From: Trichomonas gallinae
Taxonomy: Eukaryota
NCBI GenBank assembly: GCA_008369845.1
Contig: MRSU01000672.1
Span: 1-64,000 of the forward strand
Direction of reading: 5' to 3'
Length of the DNA stretch: 64,000 nt
Numbering within the stretch: position 1 is the stretch's first letter; each line of letters starts with the position of its first letter. This document shows, one piece after another, positions 21,509 to 31,300 of the stretch. The notes under the pieces were generated by a model that was given only the letters and a program-made list of their open reading frames with translations, was not told the DNA's origin and made no database searches. Position numbers and translations under genes: made by a program.

Positions 21509-23308
21509 TTACTCGAGAACGAAGTATGTACCGTCTGTCTTCTGTTGCTTATCCTTGTTGGAGTTGTACTTGTTGATTCTTGGTCTCTTTGTGTTCTTGT
21601 CTGATCTGAGTGTGACAGACATCTGCTTGAGGAAGTAGTTCATACCCTTGATGAGGCCCTGTGGAGACTTGGCTGTTGTCTTGACACCTGGCTGACCCTC
21701 GAAGACCAAAACTCTGGATGCGAGATATGTAGCCATGATGAAGTCGTGCTCGACAACGAAGGCTGTCTTGCTTGCGTTCATGATGTAGCGCTTGATGATC
21801 TTGGAGATGATAACTCTCTGTTCGGCATCAAGGAAGGCAGATGGTTCATCGATAAGATAAAGATCTGCGTTCTTACCGAGAGCCAAGGCGATAGCGACAC
21901 GCTGAAGTTCACCACCGGAAAGCTTCTTGACCTTTCTGTCCATAAGATTGTCAAGGTTGAGTGGGTTGAGAACGAGATCCTTGAAGAGTGGCTGTGTAAG
22001 TGATGAGCCGATCTTGCCTTCAAGAAGCTGCTGGACTGTACCATCGAAGTGTGGCTGAATCTTCTGTGGCTTGTATGAGACGGAAAGAGCTGGGAGCTCG
22101 AAAGCGATATCATCTGGAGCCTGGTTACCAGAGAGAAGACGGATGAATGTTGTCTTACCGACACCGTTCTGGCCAAGAAGAACGATGATTTCGGAGTCTC
22201 TGAAGCTGCCGCCTTCGACATCGAGATGGAAGTCGCCAAGAGAAAGAGACATTGATGGGTACTTGTAGTGGCGTTGTTCACCTTCGTTCATGATGTCGTT
22301 ATCATCGGAGATTCTGAATATGAGGGCTTCTTCGCGGAATCTCATGTTTTCTGTTGGAAGGTAACCTTCAAGGAAGATGTTGATACCTTCACGGACTGTG
22401 AATGGCGCAGAGATGACACCGAAGGCACCTGGTGCACCGTAAAGGACGGAGATGAAGTCAGACATGTAATCCAAAATGGCAAGATCGTGCTCGATGACAA
22501 TGACGTAGTCACCGATCTTGAGGCAGTCACGAATGACACGGGCAGAAGCCATTCTCTGTCCGATATCGAGGTATGATGATGGCTCATCGAAGAAGTAAGC
22601 GCCGGCCTCAGAAAGGCAAACGAGGGCGATAGCGAAACGCTGAAGTTCACCACCGGAAAGCTGGTTAATTTCACGCTCAAGGAGGGCGCCAAGCTGAAGC
22701 TGGCTGATGATAGAATCGAACTGGCCTGTAGCATCCTTAGACTTAAGGATCTCACCGACCTTGCCCTTTCTGACCTTAGCGAGTGTATCGACCCACTGCG
22801 GTTTCATGATGACACGCATGTTTTCGTTGATAAGCTTTGTGAAGTATGTCTGAAGTTCTGAACCACGGAATTTCTGGATGATCTCGATCCAGTCTGGCTG
22901 CTTTGTTTCATCGAGGATACCAAGGTTCGGGCGGATCTTGTTTGACAAGATCTGGAGAGCTGTAGATTTACCGATACCATTTTGACCAACGAGACCAAGG
23001 ACTTGCTTGACACGTGGGTATGGAAGTCTGTGGAGCTTGAAACCGTTTCTGGAGTAACGATGAGTTGTTTCTGCGTCTAAAGCCTTTGGAAGATTGATAA
23101 TTTGAATAGCATGGAATGGGCACTTCTTTACGCACATACCGCAGCCGATGCAAAGAGCTTCTGAAATTGCGCAACCAGTGATTGGAACTTTGATGCAGTT
23201 CTTGCCAGATCTGTTAACTGGGCAGACACCCTTGCACTCTTTCTGGCACTTCTTTGGCTTGCATCTTTCCGAGTTGACTACAGCAAGACGAATCGAATTA
23301 TCGGCCAT
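21509..23308 (-). CDS. ABCE1: ABCE1/RLI1 ribosome-recycling ATPase
   Basis: Fe-S motifs CKPKKC..EC...CP and CIGCGMCVKKCP; two ABC domains (GQNGIGKS, GQNGVGKT, LSGGELQR twice). Start MADNS at 23308. Confidence 0.98.
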   Translation of the reverse strand: MADNSIRLAVVNSERCKPKKCQKECKGVCPVNRSGKNCIKVPITGCAISEALCIGCGMCVKKCPFHAIQIINLPKALDAETTHRYSRNGFKLHRLPYPRVKQVLGLVGQNGIGKSTALQILSNKIRPNLGILDETKQPDWIEIIQKFRGSELQTYFTKLINENMRVIMKPQWVDTLAKVRKGKVGEILKSKDATGQFDSIISQLQLGALLEREINQLSGGELQRFAIALVCLSEAGAYFFDEPSSYLDIGQRMASARVIRDCLKIGDYVIVIEHDLAILDYMSDFISVLYGAPGAFGVISAPFTVREGINIFLEGYLPTENMRFREEALIFRISDDNDIMNEGEQRHYKYPSMSLSLGDFHLDVEGGSFRDSEIIVLLGQNGVGKTTFIRLLSGNQAPDDIAFELPALSVSYKPQKIQPHFDGTVQQLLEGKIGSSLTQPLFKDLVLNPLNLDNLMDRKVKKLSGGELQRVAIALALGKNADLYLIDEPSAFLDAEQRVIISKIIKRYIMNASKTAFVVEHDFIMATYLASRVLVFEGQPGVKTTAKSPQGLIKGMNYFLKQMSVTLRSDKNTKRPRINKYNSNKDKQQKTDGTYFVLE

Positions 23309-24123
23309 AGTATTTTTTAAGAAAAAATGTAAACCTCTCAAAATTCCTAGGCCACGAAATAAATTTTTTTTTTTTTTGATGGACGAAGACAAAATTTTTG
23401 GGTTAGATTTCCTTTTGTTTCTCTTTGGTTAACTGTCATTGTTTGTTTTTCATCGAATTTCGGCTGATTGGTGAAAAATTTCTGTTCCTTTGTTCATTGA
23501 AATTCGAATCTGCTTTTGAGATTACATTATTTTGGTTATCACGAACACGAATTTTCGTTCTTTCATGCAAAATATTTCAAAATTTTTTTTATTGAAAATA
23601 TTATGAAATTACATGTCAGAAATCACTACTTTATGAGACAAAAATTTTATCACATTGAACATAAATTTTCATATTAAAATTTTTATCAGAAAGAATTCGT
23701 CAATTACATGTCAAAAATCATTATTTTTTATGACATAAAATCTATCATTTTTCCTTTTTCGAGTGAAAGGCTCAGACATCCATTTTCTGAAAGACTAGAT
23801 TTCCTTTCTATGGATTTTTTTATTATTGGTCATATAATATGTTTTCTCAATTTACGTGGCAAAAATATCCATTACACGACAAAAATCACTCAATCATCAT
23901 GTAATTTATTATAATGTATCTCAATAGCACATAATTACTCCTTTAAAGAACCAATACTCTACATTTACGATATAATTTTTATGATAGACTTAAGATTAAT
24001 ATCGATATTCTGATAATTTTCAAATAGACACATAAGGAGAGAGATTATTGGTTTATTTATTAATTGATGATTCATGAAACAAACAATTTAATTACAAAAC
24101 AATAATAAAACAATATAAAAAAG

Positions 24124-26340
24124 TTAATCTGGTTGAATGAAGTCGTTACCTGGTTTCTTAAACTCAATACCACCGAAACCAAGTCTGAAGCTTAGACTAT
24201 TCAGGATATTTCTATTCCTGTCAATACCTTCATTTTTCATGCGTTCTCTAGCCATCACTTTCACTTGCTCTTGATGCCTAATCAAATCACCCATTTCGAG
24301 CTTGAATATATATCTTTGTGGCATGAAGTGGATATTGACACTCTTATATCTTCGAATAACACGAGGAGCAGAACCTTCATACTCACATACAATTTTCTTA
24401 TCATTGAATGATACATGGGATTTGACATAAAATGTCCCAGCGATTGTTGATAAAGCTGCAGATCTATACTTTATTTTATCAACAATTTGCATAGCCTCAA
24501 GGATATCCAAGGACTGAGAATGCACCGAAATATTCTGTATGCATTTGGAGAAGGAAATAATTGCTCGCTTGATATGGTCGATAGAAGGAAGTGGGCAATT
24601 TAGAGGAATCTCGAATTGGCCTTCAAGAGTGGAATTGTGCTTGTTAGATGAAACGTATTGTGATATTGCCTCAAAGACTATATCACGAACAACATTTGTA
24701 TCTGAATCATGCTGCGAAATGAAGCCTAGTTTCTGAGCAACTTTATAACCTTGTGCTTCGGAGTTTTCTGATTGTGAGTCTTTCGAACTTCCGCTGTTTT
24801 CGTTTAAAATCAATCTGAGAGATTCGCTTAATTGCCAGAAGTAATACAAAAGCCTGTATAAATCAGGCGTCAAATAAATCACGTCTAAGTCTGTATAAAC
24901 ATTCATGCATGGCTCGCATTTTACAATAACCTCATCATTATTTTTCTCGTTTACACCCAGATAAACTAAAATAAACCTGCTGATGCCACTAGAAACCATC
25001 TCGCACTGCATTGGTGGCAACCACATCCTACACGCTTTGTTTATCAGTTCTTCGGTGTTTAAAGCTGCCTGCATATCGAACAAAAGAATTGATTTGTTTC
25101 CGTTACTCATTTGCAATATTGGATCTTCTTCCTTGGTCAATGGAGCATCTCTAGATGTGGAATGCGGCTCATTTTTCATCTCAAGAGCTTTTTTGATGTT
25201 ACGTTTGTTGAATTCGTGATAATCTGATTCTTTTTGTCGTCTGTATTCTTGTAATTCACTGAGTTTATTTGTTATGCGCTCAATGATCATCTCAAAGGAT
25301 TTTATTGGGTGCTGGGTGATTGAATAAAGCAAAGAGTCAATGTTTTCTTCACCATAGATATCTTGAAGTGTCAAAAAATCTAATGGAGATAAATTGTATT
25401 GCGGAAAGGATGCTGTGTCTATTTGTATACTCTGGGCTTCTTCGCTGTTTGGATCTGCTATTGCACGCATTAATGCAGATAATCTGTAAATTGTTGATCG
25501 CATGCGTGTGATAGTAACATCCATTGTAACACGTTCATCTTCATTATCGAATATTCGTTCTTCGTATGTATTTCTTTGTATAAAGCTGAAATTACAATCT
25601 AATCCTGCTGCTGAGATTGCCCAGCGATCATTACATGCACAGAATTCAGTAATACCGCGACCACTGCATGCACAATCGACTTTGTTTGGCGGAAGAAGGC
25701 CATACGAGCCTTTCCTAATTCTTCCAATTGGAATATTCGGTATAGATATATCGTTTGGGTATGAACAAACTATTTCTGAGTCAACAATCCTTTGATGTGT
25801 AATGGCAGATGGATCTAAATCCGATTGAGAAGGAGGAATATCTGTATTTAGGTATTTAGGAACGAATGAAAACTTGACGCAGCCGTCATATATGAGCTGC
25901 ATAAAATGATTCGTTTGTGAAATAGGCTTGAATAGCTCCCAAAGAAGCCAAAATGGACCAGACGTTGCTTTAATATGCTCTAAATATATAAACGCATCAA
26001 GTAATGATCCTGTTTTAAGCATTACATCACGAATTTTAAGTAGAAATTGTTGTAGGGCACCCGGCCACAATTCGAATTCTATTACTGTTGCCAAAAATGG
26101 GTCATCTGCTAGACAAGCAGTACGAGATTGTGATGGTGGCACTTCCTCGATGATTGCAGCGAATCTTTGAGTTAATCCGGCGTGTGATCTTAATAATGAA
26201 AATACTACTGTGAGACATGTGCTCCTCGCTATCTTTTTCTCAGCATAAAGACATAGAGTTCTTAGGATTGCATTGCTCTTTGATTTATTCTTTAGCTGCA
26301 GCTGAAGATCTGAAATAAAAGATAACAATGACGCATCCAT
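24124..26340 (-). CDS. Sin3-like corepressor scaffold (HDAC-interaction domain)
   Basis: GSYGLLP...CSGRG...NDRW...RNTYEERIFDNEDERVTMDV matches the Sin3 HID (SYRxLP, CSGR, LNDxW, KNxYEExxFxxEDERxExD). Start MDASLL at 26340. Confidence 0.8.
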   Translation of the reverse strand: MDASLLSFISDLQLQLKNKSKSNAILRTLCLYAEKKIARSTCLTVVFSLLRSHAGLTQRFAAIIEEVPPSQSRTACLADDPFLATVIEFELWPGALQQFLLKIRDVMLKTGSLLDAFIYLEHIKATSGPFWLLWELFKPISQTNHFMQLIYDGCVKFSFVPKYLNTDIPPSQSDLDPSAITHQRIVDSEIVCSYPNDISIPNIPIGRIRKGSYGLLPPNKVDCACSGRGITEFCACNDRWAISAAGLDCNFSFIQRNTYEERIFDNEDERVTMDVTITRMRSTIYRLSALMRAIADPNSEEAQSIQIDTASFPQYNLSPLDFLTLQDIYGEENIDSLLYSITQHPIKSFEMIIERITNKLSELQEYRRQKESDYHEFNKRNIKKALEMKNEPHSTSRDAPLTKEEDPILQMSNGNKSILLFDMQAALNTEELINKACRMWLPPMQCEMVSSGISRFILVYLGVNEKNNDEVIVKCEPCMNVYTDLDVIYLTPDLYRLLYYFWQLSESLRLILNENSGSSKDSQSENSEAQGYKVAQKLGFISQHDSDTNVVRDIVFEAISQYVSSNKHNSTLEGQFEIPLNCPLPSIDHIKRAIISFSKCIQNISVHSQSLDILEAMQIVDKIKYRSAALSTIAGTFYVKSHVSFNDKKIVCEYEGSAPRVIRRYKSVNIHFMPQRYIFKLEMGDLIRHQEQVKVMARERMKNEGIDRNRNILNSLSFRLGFGGIEFKKPGNDFIQPD

Positions 26341-27010
26341 TTTTCTGAACTTTACAATTTTTTTGATGCAATAAATTAAATAATTTTGACATGTAAAATC
26401 AATTTTTGGCATATAAATTATTAATTTTGTCATGTAAATTCAAAATCTTTCATTGTTTTAATAAATTACTATAATCACAGTACTAATCTATCATATGAGA
26501 CGGTACTCTCATAGTACACCATCATATGAAAAAGTATGACTGTGATGTGAGCCGAAATATAATATGTATTCTTCTTGCATAAATATGGATCATCCTATGA
26601 AAAGCAAATTTTATGCGATTTCATCTGTAAAATAGTCTAATCAACTGGGATACAAGTGTATTCTAAATATATTATTGCATAGCTTTTTGAAAAAATTCAT
26701 TTCATGTGCTACAAAAGAATCAAATATCTCTATCCTTCGAAACATTTACGAACAACCACCTAGAGATTTATATACAGTCGCCTTATATTTAACATTGTTC
26801 CTACGGGAGCTAATAATGAAAATGATTATATGTGAAAAAACTAGCAAAATTATACTGGCGTCATTAAAATATTTTCTGCATATGAATTGCAGGTTTTATT
26901 AAAGATCTAGGAAATTAAATCTATATTAGGATTAAATCCAAGATTTTTTGAGTTTTTATCAAATAGTCAAAATTAATTAATTTTGACATAATTTTTCTGA
27001 TTTTTTCGAA

Positions 27011-27931
27011 ATGTCTACTTTTGGTGTAACACCTCTTCGTGTTAAAAAGTCAAAATGGGGCCCAGAAGACGAGAGAACAGTTATGCCGAACGTTGCAACG
27101 ATTCTCCCGCCCGGCCTTCCACCACATGTTTTAAATGCATTTCTTCTTCGTTTCCAATTCGAAGAAGTTCAATATAAAATGGATAATCTTCAAGAGGAAA
27201 GGAAGAATATCCTTTACGGCGAGACAACAACAGTAGGTACGCTTAATCCAGATCAACGCGGATTTATTCATCCTGATGTACGCGCTCGCGATGCTCTTGT
27301 CAAGGAGAGAAGTCAAGTATTAAATGCTATTGAGAAAGTTTTCCCAGTATTTCGTCCGCCTCTTCCTTTAAGATTCGCCGTAAATCAAACTGTTAAAACA
27401 CTCAAGCTGCCATCAAGCCGTGCTGCCTCTATTATCATGGGTAACAGGTGCAGTACAATGAATGGCTTGGAGCAGTCATTTAGAGTTAAGATTTCTTTAC
27501 GTCCATCACAAAAGATGCCAAATGGCGAAGAATCCGGCTCTTACGTATTGATCATTGGTAATAATTCCGATGACGTCGATAGATGCTACAGAGAATGCGT
27601 TAAAATGATCGAAGCTGCAAATGAAAGAATTACTTCTGAAGGTGAACAAGAAATTAAAGTTGATGCCAACAATCTTAGAATATCTTTTAATCCAAATGAG
27701 CCAATTGCTCCATGGATTTCCTCAACAAACAAGAAATTTACAGCCTTTAACGAAAATGATGAAGTTGACGGCGAACTTGATGCGATATTGAAAGGTGATG
27801 AAGGCGCATTAGATGCTGATGAAGATGATCTCTTGACATTAGCTGAATTACAAAGATATGCTGTTGACGTTATTTCTCGCGATATATCTTCTGTTTTGAT
27901 AGAACCACCTCCACCAGGTTTAGAAATTTGA
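27011..27931 (+). CDS. SF1: Splicing factor 1 / branchpoint-bridging protein-like (divergent KH)
   Basis: ULM KKSKW, TVMPNVATILPPGL, helix VRARDALVKER...FRPP, then a KH-like domain; Pro-rich end. Confidence 0.75.
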   Translation: MSTFGVTPLRVKKSKWGPEDERTVMPNVATILPPGLPPHVLNAFLLRFQFEEVQYKMDNLQEERKNILYGETTTVGTLNPDQRGFIHPDVRARDALVKERSQVLNAIEKVFPVFRPPLPLRFAVNQTVKTLKLPSSRAASIIMGNRCSTMNGLEQSFRVKISLRPSQKMPNGEESGSYVLIIGNNSDDVDRCYRECVKMIEAANERITSEGEQEIKVDANNLRISFNPNEPIAPWISSTNKKFTAFNENDEVDGELDAILKGDEGALDADEDDLLTLAELQRYAVDVISRDISSVLIEPPPPGLEI

Positions 27932-28089
27932 ATAACACACTCATAAATTGTATAAATTGTTTAATTTTATAAGATTTCGTTTTTTTTTAGTTTTGTTTTT
28001 GATAATCAATATTACAGCCATATTTGAGTATAATAGTTAAGTTTTATCATTAAATTATCAGAAATATAATATAAAATGAAATAAATTGT

Positions 28090-28281
28090 GTTTTTTTGTT
28101 GATGTGGCTCAACCATGTGTGCATAACTCGTCGATGGATGACATTAGACGCTAATAACTCATCAAATACGCAGACTATCAGTGGCCACTGACACTGGAAT
28201 GATGATCTAAAAAAAACTCCGCGGCTGCACTCTACTATAACTACTGACTGCTAGAAAATCCGCTTCATCAATCAAAAAAAC
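28090..28281. ncRNA. Candidate structured non-coding RNA (snoRNA-like?)
   Basis: GC-enriched non-ORF island with complementary ends, internal hairpins and C/D-box-like motifs; see findings. Class and strand unresolved. Confidence 0.4.
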
Positions 28282-28357
28282 TTTTTTAACTTTTTTAAAT
28301 GTCATATTAAATTTACAAATAATTTACATGACAAATGTTCAAAATTTTTATATAAAA

Positions 28358-31300
28358 ATGTCGAATCTCTCATCCATTGATATTATTAACCATCTAAAGC
28401 CGACTATTATGTCGGCTTTTTGCATGAGTTCAGTGGATGATGAGGAACTATTGAGTTTTTCGAACGAGATTCAAAGTTTTATACTCGATGTTAATAAATT
28501 TTTCTTGATTATTCGCAAGACTGACAAAATAATCATCCAAAATACATTTGAGTATACAGATGGGCCAGTAATTGTCTATCAAAAATACCCCATCGTATTG
28601 ACAAAAGAAAACTTTGAATCGAGTATCAGCACAATTTCACTTCCGACACAAAAAGCAGTTCAATTCTTGCAGCTTCTTATCTCGCAGTTCTTTGTACCAT
28701 ACATGAAAAACGCAATTCCTTCAAATGATAAAAATGCCCAATCAGTATTAGAGTCGATATCAACATTTGACATTGCTATTTCTCGTTACCAGCAGCAAAA
28801 CAATCTCCCTGAACCTGTTTTTGACTACAATTCTCCATTAGTTTTATCAGCAGCGAGCGGAAAACTAACAAAAGCGCAAGAAACAGAGTTCCTTGCTATC
28901 ATAGATAAGTGGGAAAGCACAATTAAGTCAATAATTAGCTATGCAAAGTCGCCGCCTATATTCGAAAGAATTTATGATGAAATATCATTTTGGGTTCTTT
29001 TGGGACAAAGACTGAAACAAGGTCTCGAACAAGCTAAATCAATGGATACGTTTGATATTCCAGCAAAAATTTTAACATATCAAAAATTATTTAAACAATT
29101 TTTCAAAGAAGCTAAAGATGATCTAGAAAAGTTAAATTTAAGCATAATTCCATTCGCAGATGCAGTGAGTTCATTCGAGAAGCATATTTCAGATCTTGAT
29201 GAATCTACAACAATTGAAGACTTGAAATTCAAGATTTCGAAGCTTTATTCTTTACTAAGCTCAGTTCTCCACAAAAGCAATTATCCTCAACGCTCTCCAA
29301 TTATCTATAAACTTATGAGATCATACTTATTCGATAAATTAATTAATTTAATCACTGATATGGCTCTGCCTCATCTTCCTTTGGAAGCATTTAAGTCATC
29401 AATGTCAACTATTAATGATTTTTGCCAAAAATGGCTTTCAGAAGAAGCAAATTTGATTAACGTTTTAAACGAGAATAGAATTCAATGTGATTTTATCACA
29501 CAAGATAAAGTTGACAAATCTGTTTTATTCAAGCGTTTCAAAGAGCTTGAAAGTTCAAAAATTGAATATCATCAATTATCAAATCATTTCATCGAGCATT
29601 CAAAGATCAATTTCGAAGTCGTTAAGACAGAATTAGATCAAGCTTTCGATTTCATTATCAATTCTCCATTTTTAGAATTAACACAAAATTCAAATTCACA
29701 ATGGGATGCTTCTATCAAAGAATACAAGCTTCATCTTGAACGCATCGACCAAGATCTTGTTGAAATACTTACAAAGATGCTTCAACAAAACACAACACTC
29801 GCGGGAACACATCAAATCTTTGTTACTCATGCTATTTTATGCAGAAGACCGAATGTTCTCCCTTCACTCAGAGTATTTCAAGACAGATTCAAAACGCAAA
29901 TGGAAGATCAGCTTGCAAAATTCGAATCTAAGCAATTAGAACAAGTTGATAAGCTTCCAATTGTAGAATTGATAATGAATAAAGGCACCTCAGATGTTTA
30001 TGCCAGGTATCTTCACGTCCAAAACATGTCTCATCGTTTGAATACAATTGATAAAATGATATCTGATGTTTTCATCAATGAAAAGTGGCAGGATAACTAT
30101 GCTTCACTACGTGAGAAATACAACATATGCAGGGCTAAGATAAAAGAACAGCCAAATCTTCAAAAACTTGGCCAAATGTTGAATGGACTAAAGATAAACG
30201 TCGATTCTCCAGTTTTGGAGATAGAAAATGGCACAATCAGATGCACAATCGATGAAGAAACAGCCCATCTTTTAACAATTTTCAGATCATTCCAAGAAAA
30301 AGATGAAACTCCAGATACTGAGCTAAACAGTATAGTAGGAACAGTATTCAACTTATATACTCACGCTGTTAAGATCCAGGAAGGCTTAAATTTATTCACA
30401 GAAGCCATTAATGATATGAATCCAACCCTCAAATCAATTTGCGCGTCAGATATCAACACAATATATAATTTAATCAAAGATGGATACAATTATAGATGGA
30501 GTGATATCACTAGAAAAGGTTTTGCCGAACATTATTCAAATGATTTTATTTTATATTGCTATGAATTCTCCAATTTCTACAAGAAGGCGAAAGAATCCGT
30601 CAACATCATCGAAAAATCTCTCCAACAGCTCGAAGAAGGTTCATGTTTGGAAGATATTACAGACAAAATTAAATTAATTCAAGAAAACGTCAACACAATT
30701 TTCTTTGGACGCGGAACAAATTATGACCAATACATCAAGGACATCAATGAAAGATTATTCGGCATAATTGCAATTAAAGTTGACGAAATTGTTGGAATTT
30801 GGGTAGATTCGCTCAAATCTGGACAAATGTTTGCTGGGATTGATCCAATTAAAGTCACAATAACTCTCAAATCAAACCATATCAACATAAACCCAGCTCC
30901 TTGCAATCTCAGAACAGTTGTCACTAAATTATTCATCGAGCACATTAATAATTATCTCTTGCAGCAAACAATAACATTCGGAGGACAAGAGTCAACATAT
31001 TTCCGCGACATCGATGACAGTTTTCCAGTCCCTTACGATAAAATCTATGACTTATATGAATTAATTGGGCAAGCTTGCGAACAAGCACAAAAATACTTGG
31101 TTGACTGGCAGAACCTTGACAGCATTTTCATCGCAAGGCCAGGCACATTCGAATTCTCGCAGGATATTTTTGAATGGATGCAGTTGATAAGAGATCTCAC
31201 GGAAATGAAAAAGAAAATCGAAAATTCATCAGGCGTTGAAAACATTTCCTGCTTCTCGATTGTCACAGCCAGAATGCAGAGGATAACTATATTAAAACTG

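Noticed and set aside
21746..23432. Multiple overlapping alternative-frame and antisense ORFs within ABCE1
   Set aside because: By-products of strong codon bias (few stops in other frames); no recognisable domains.
27930..27945. AATAACACAC resembling the trichomonad intron 3' motif ACTAACACACAG
   Set aside because: Lacks the CT of the branch point and the terminal AG, and lies after a stop codon. I saw no convincing intron in the window.
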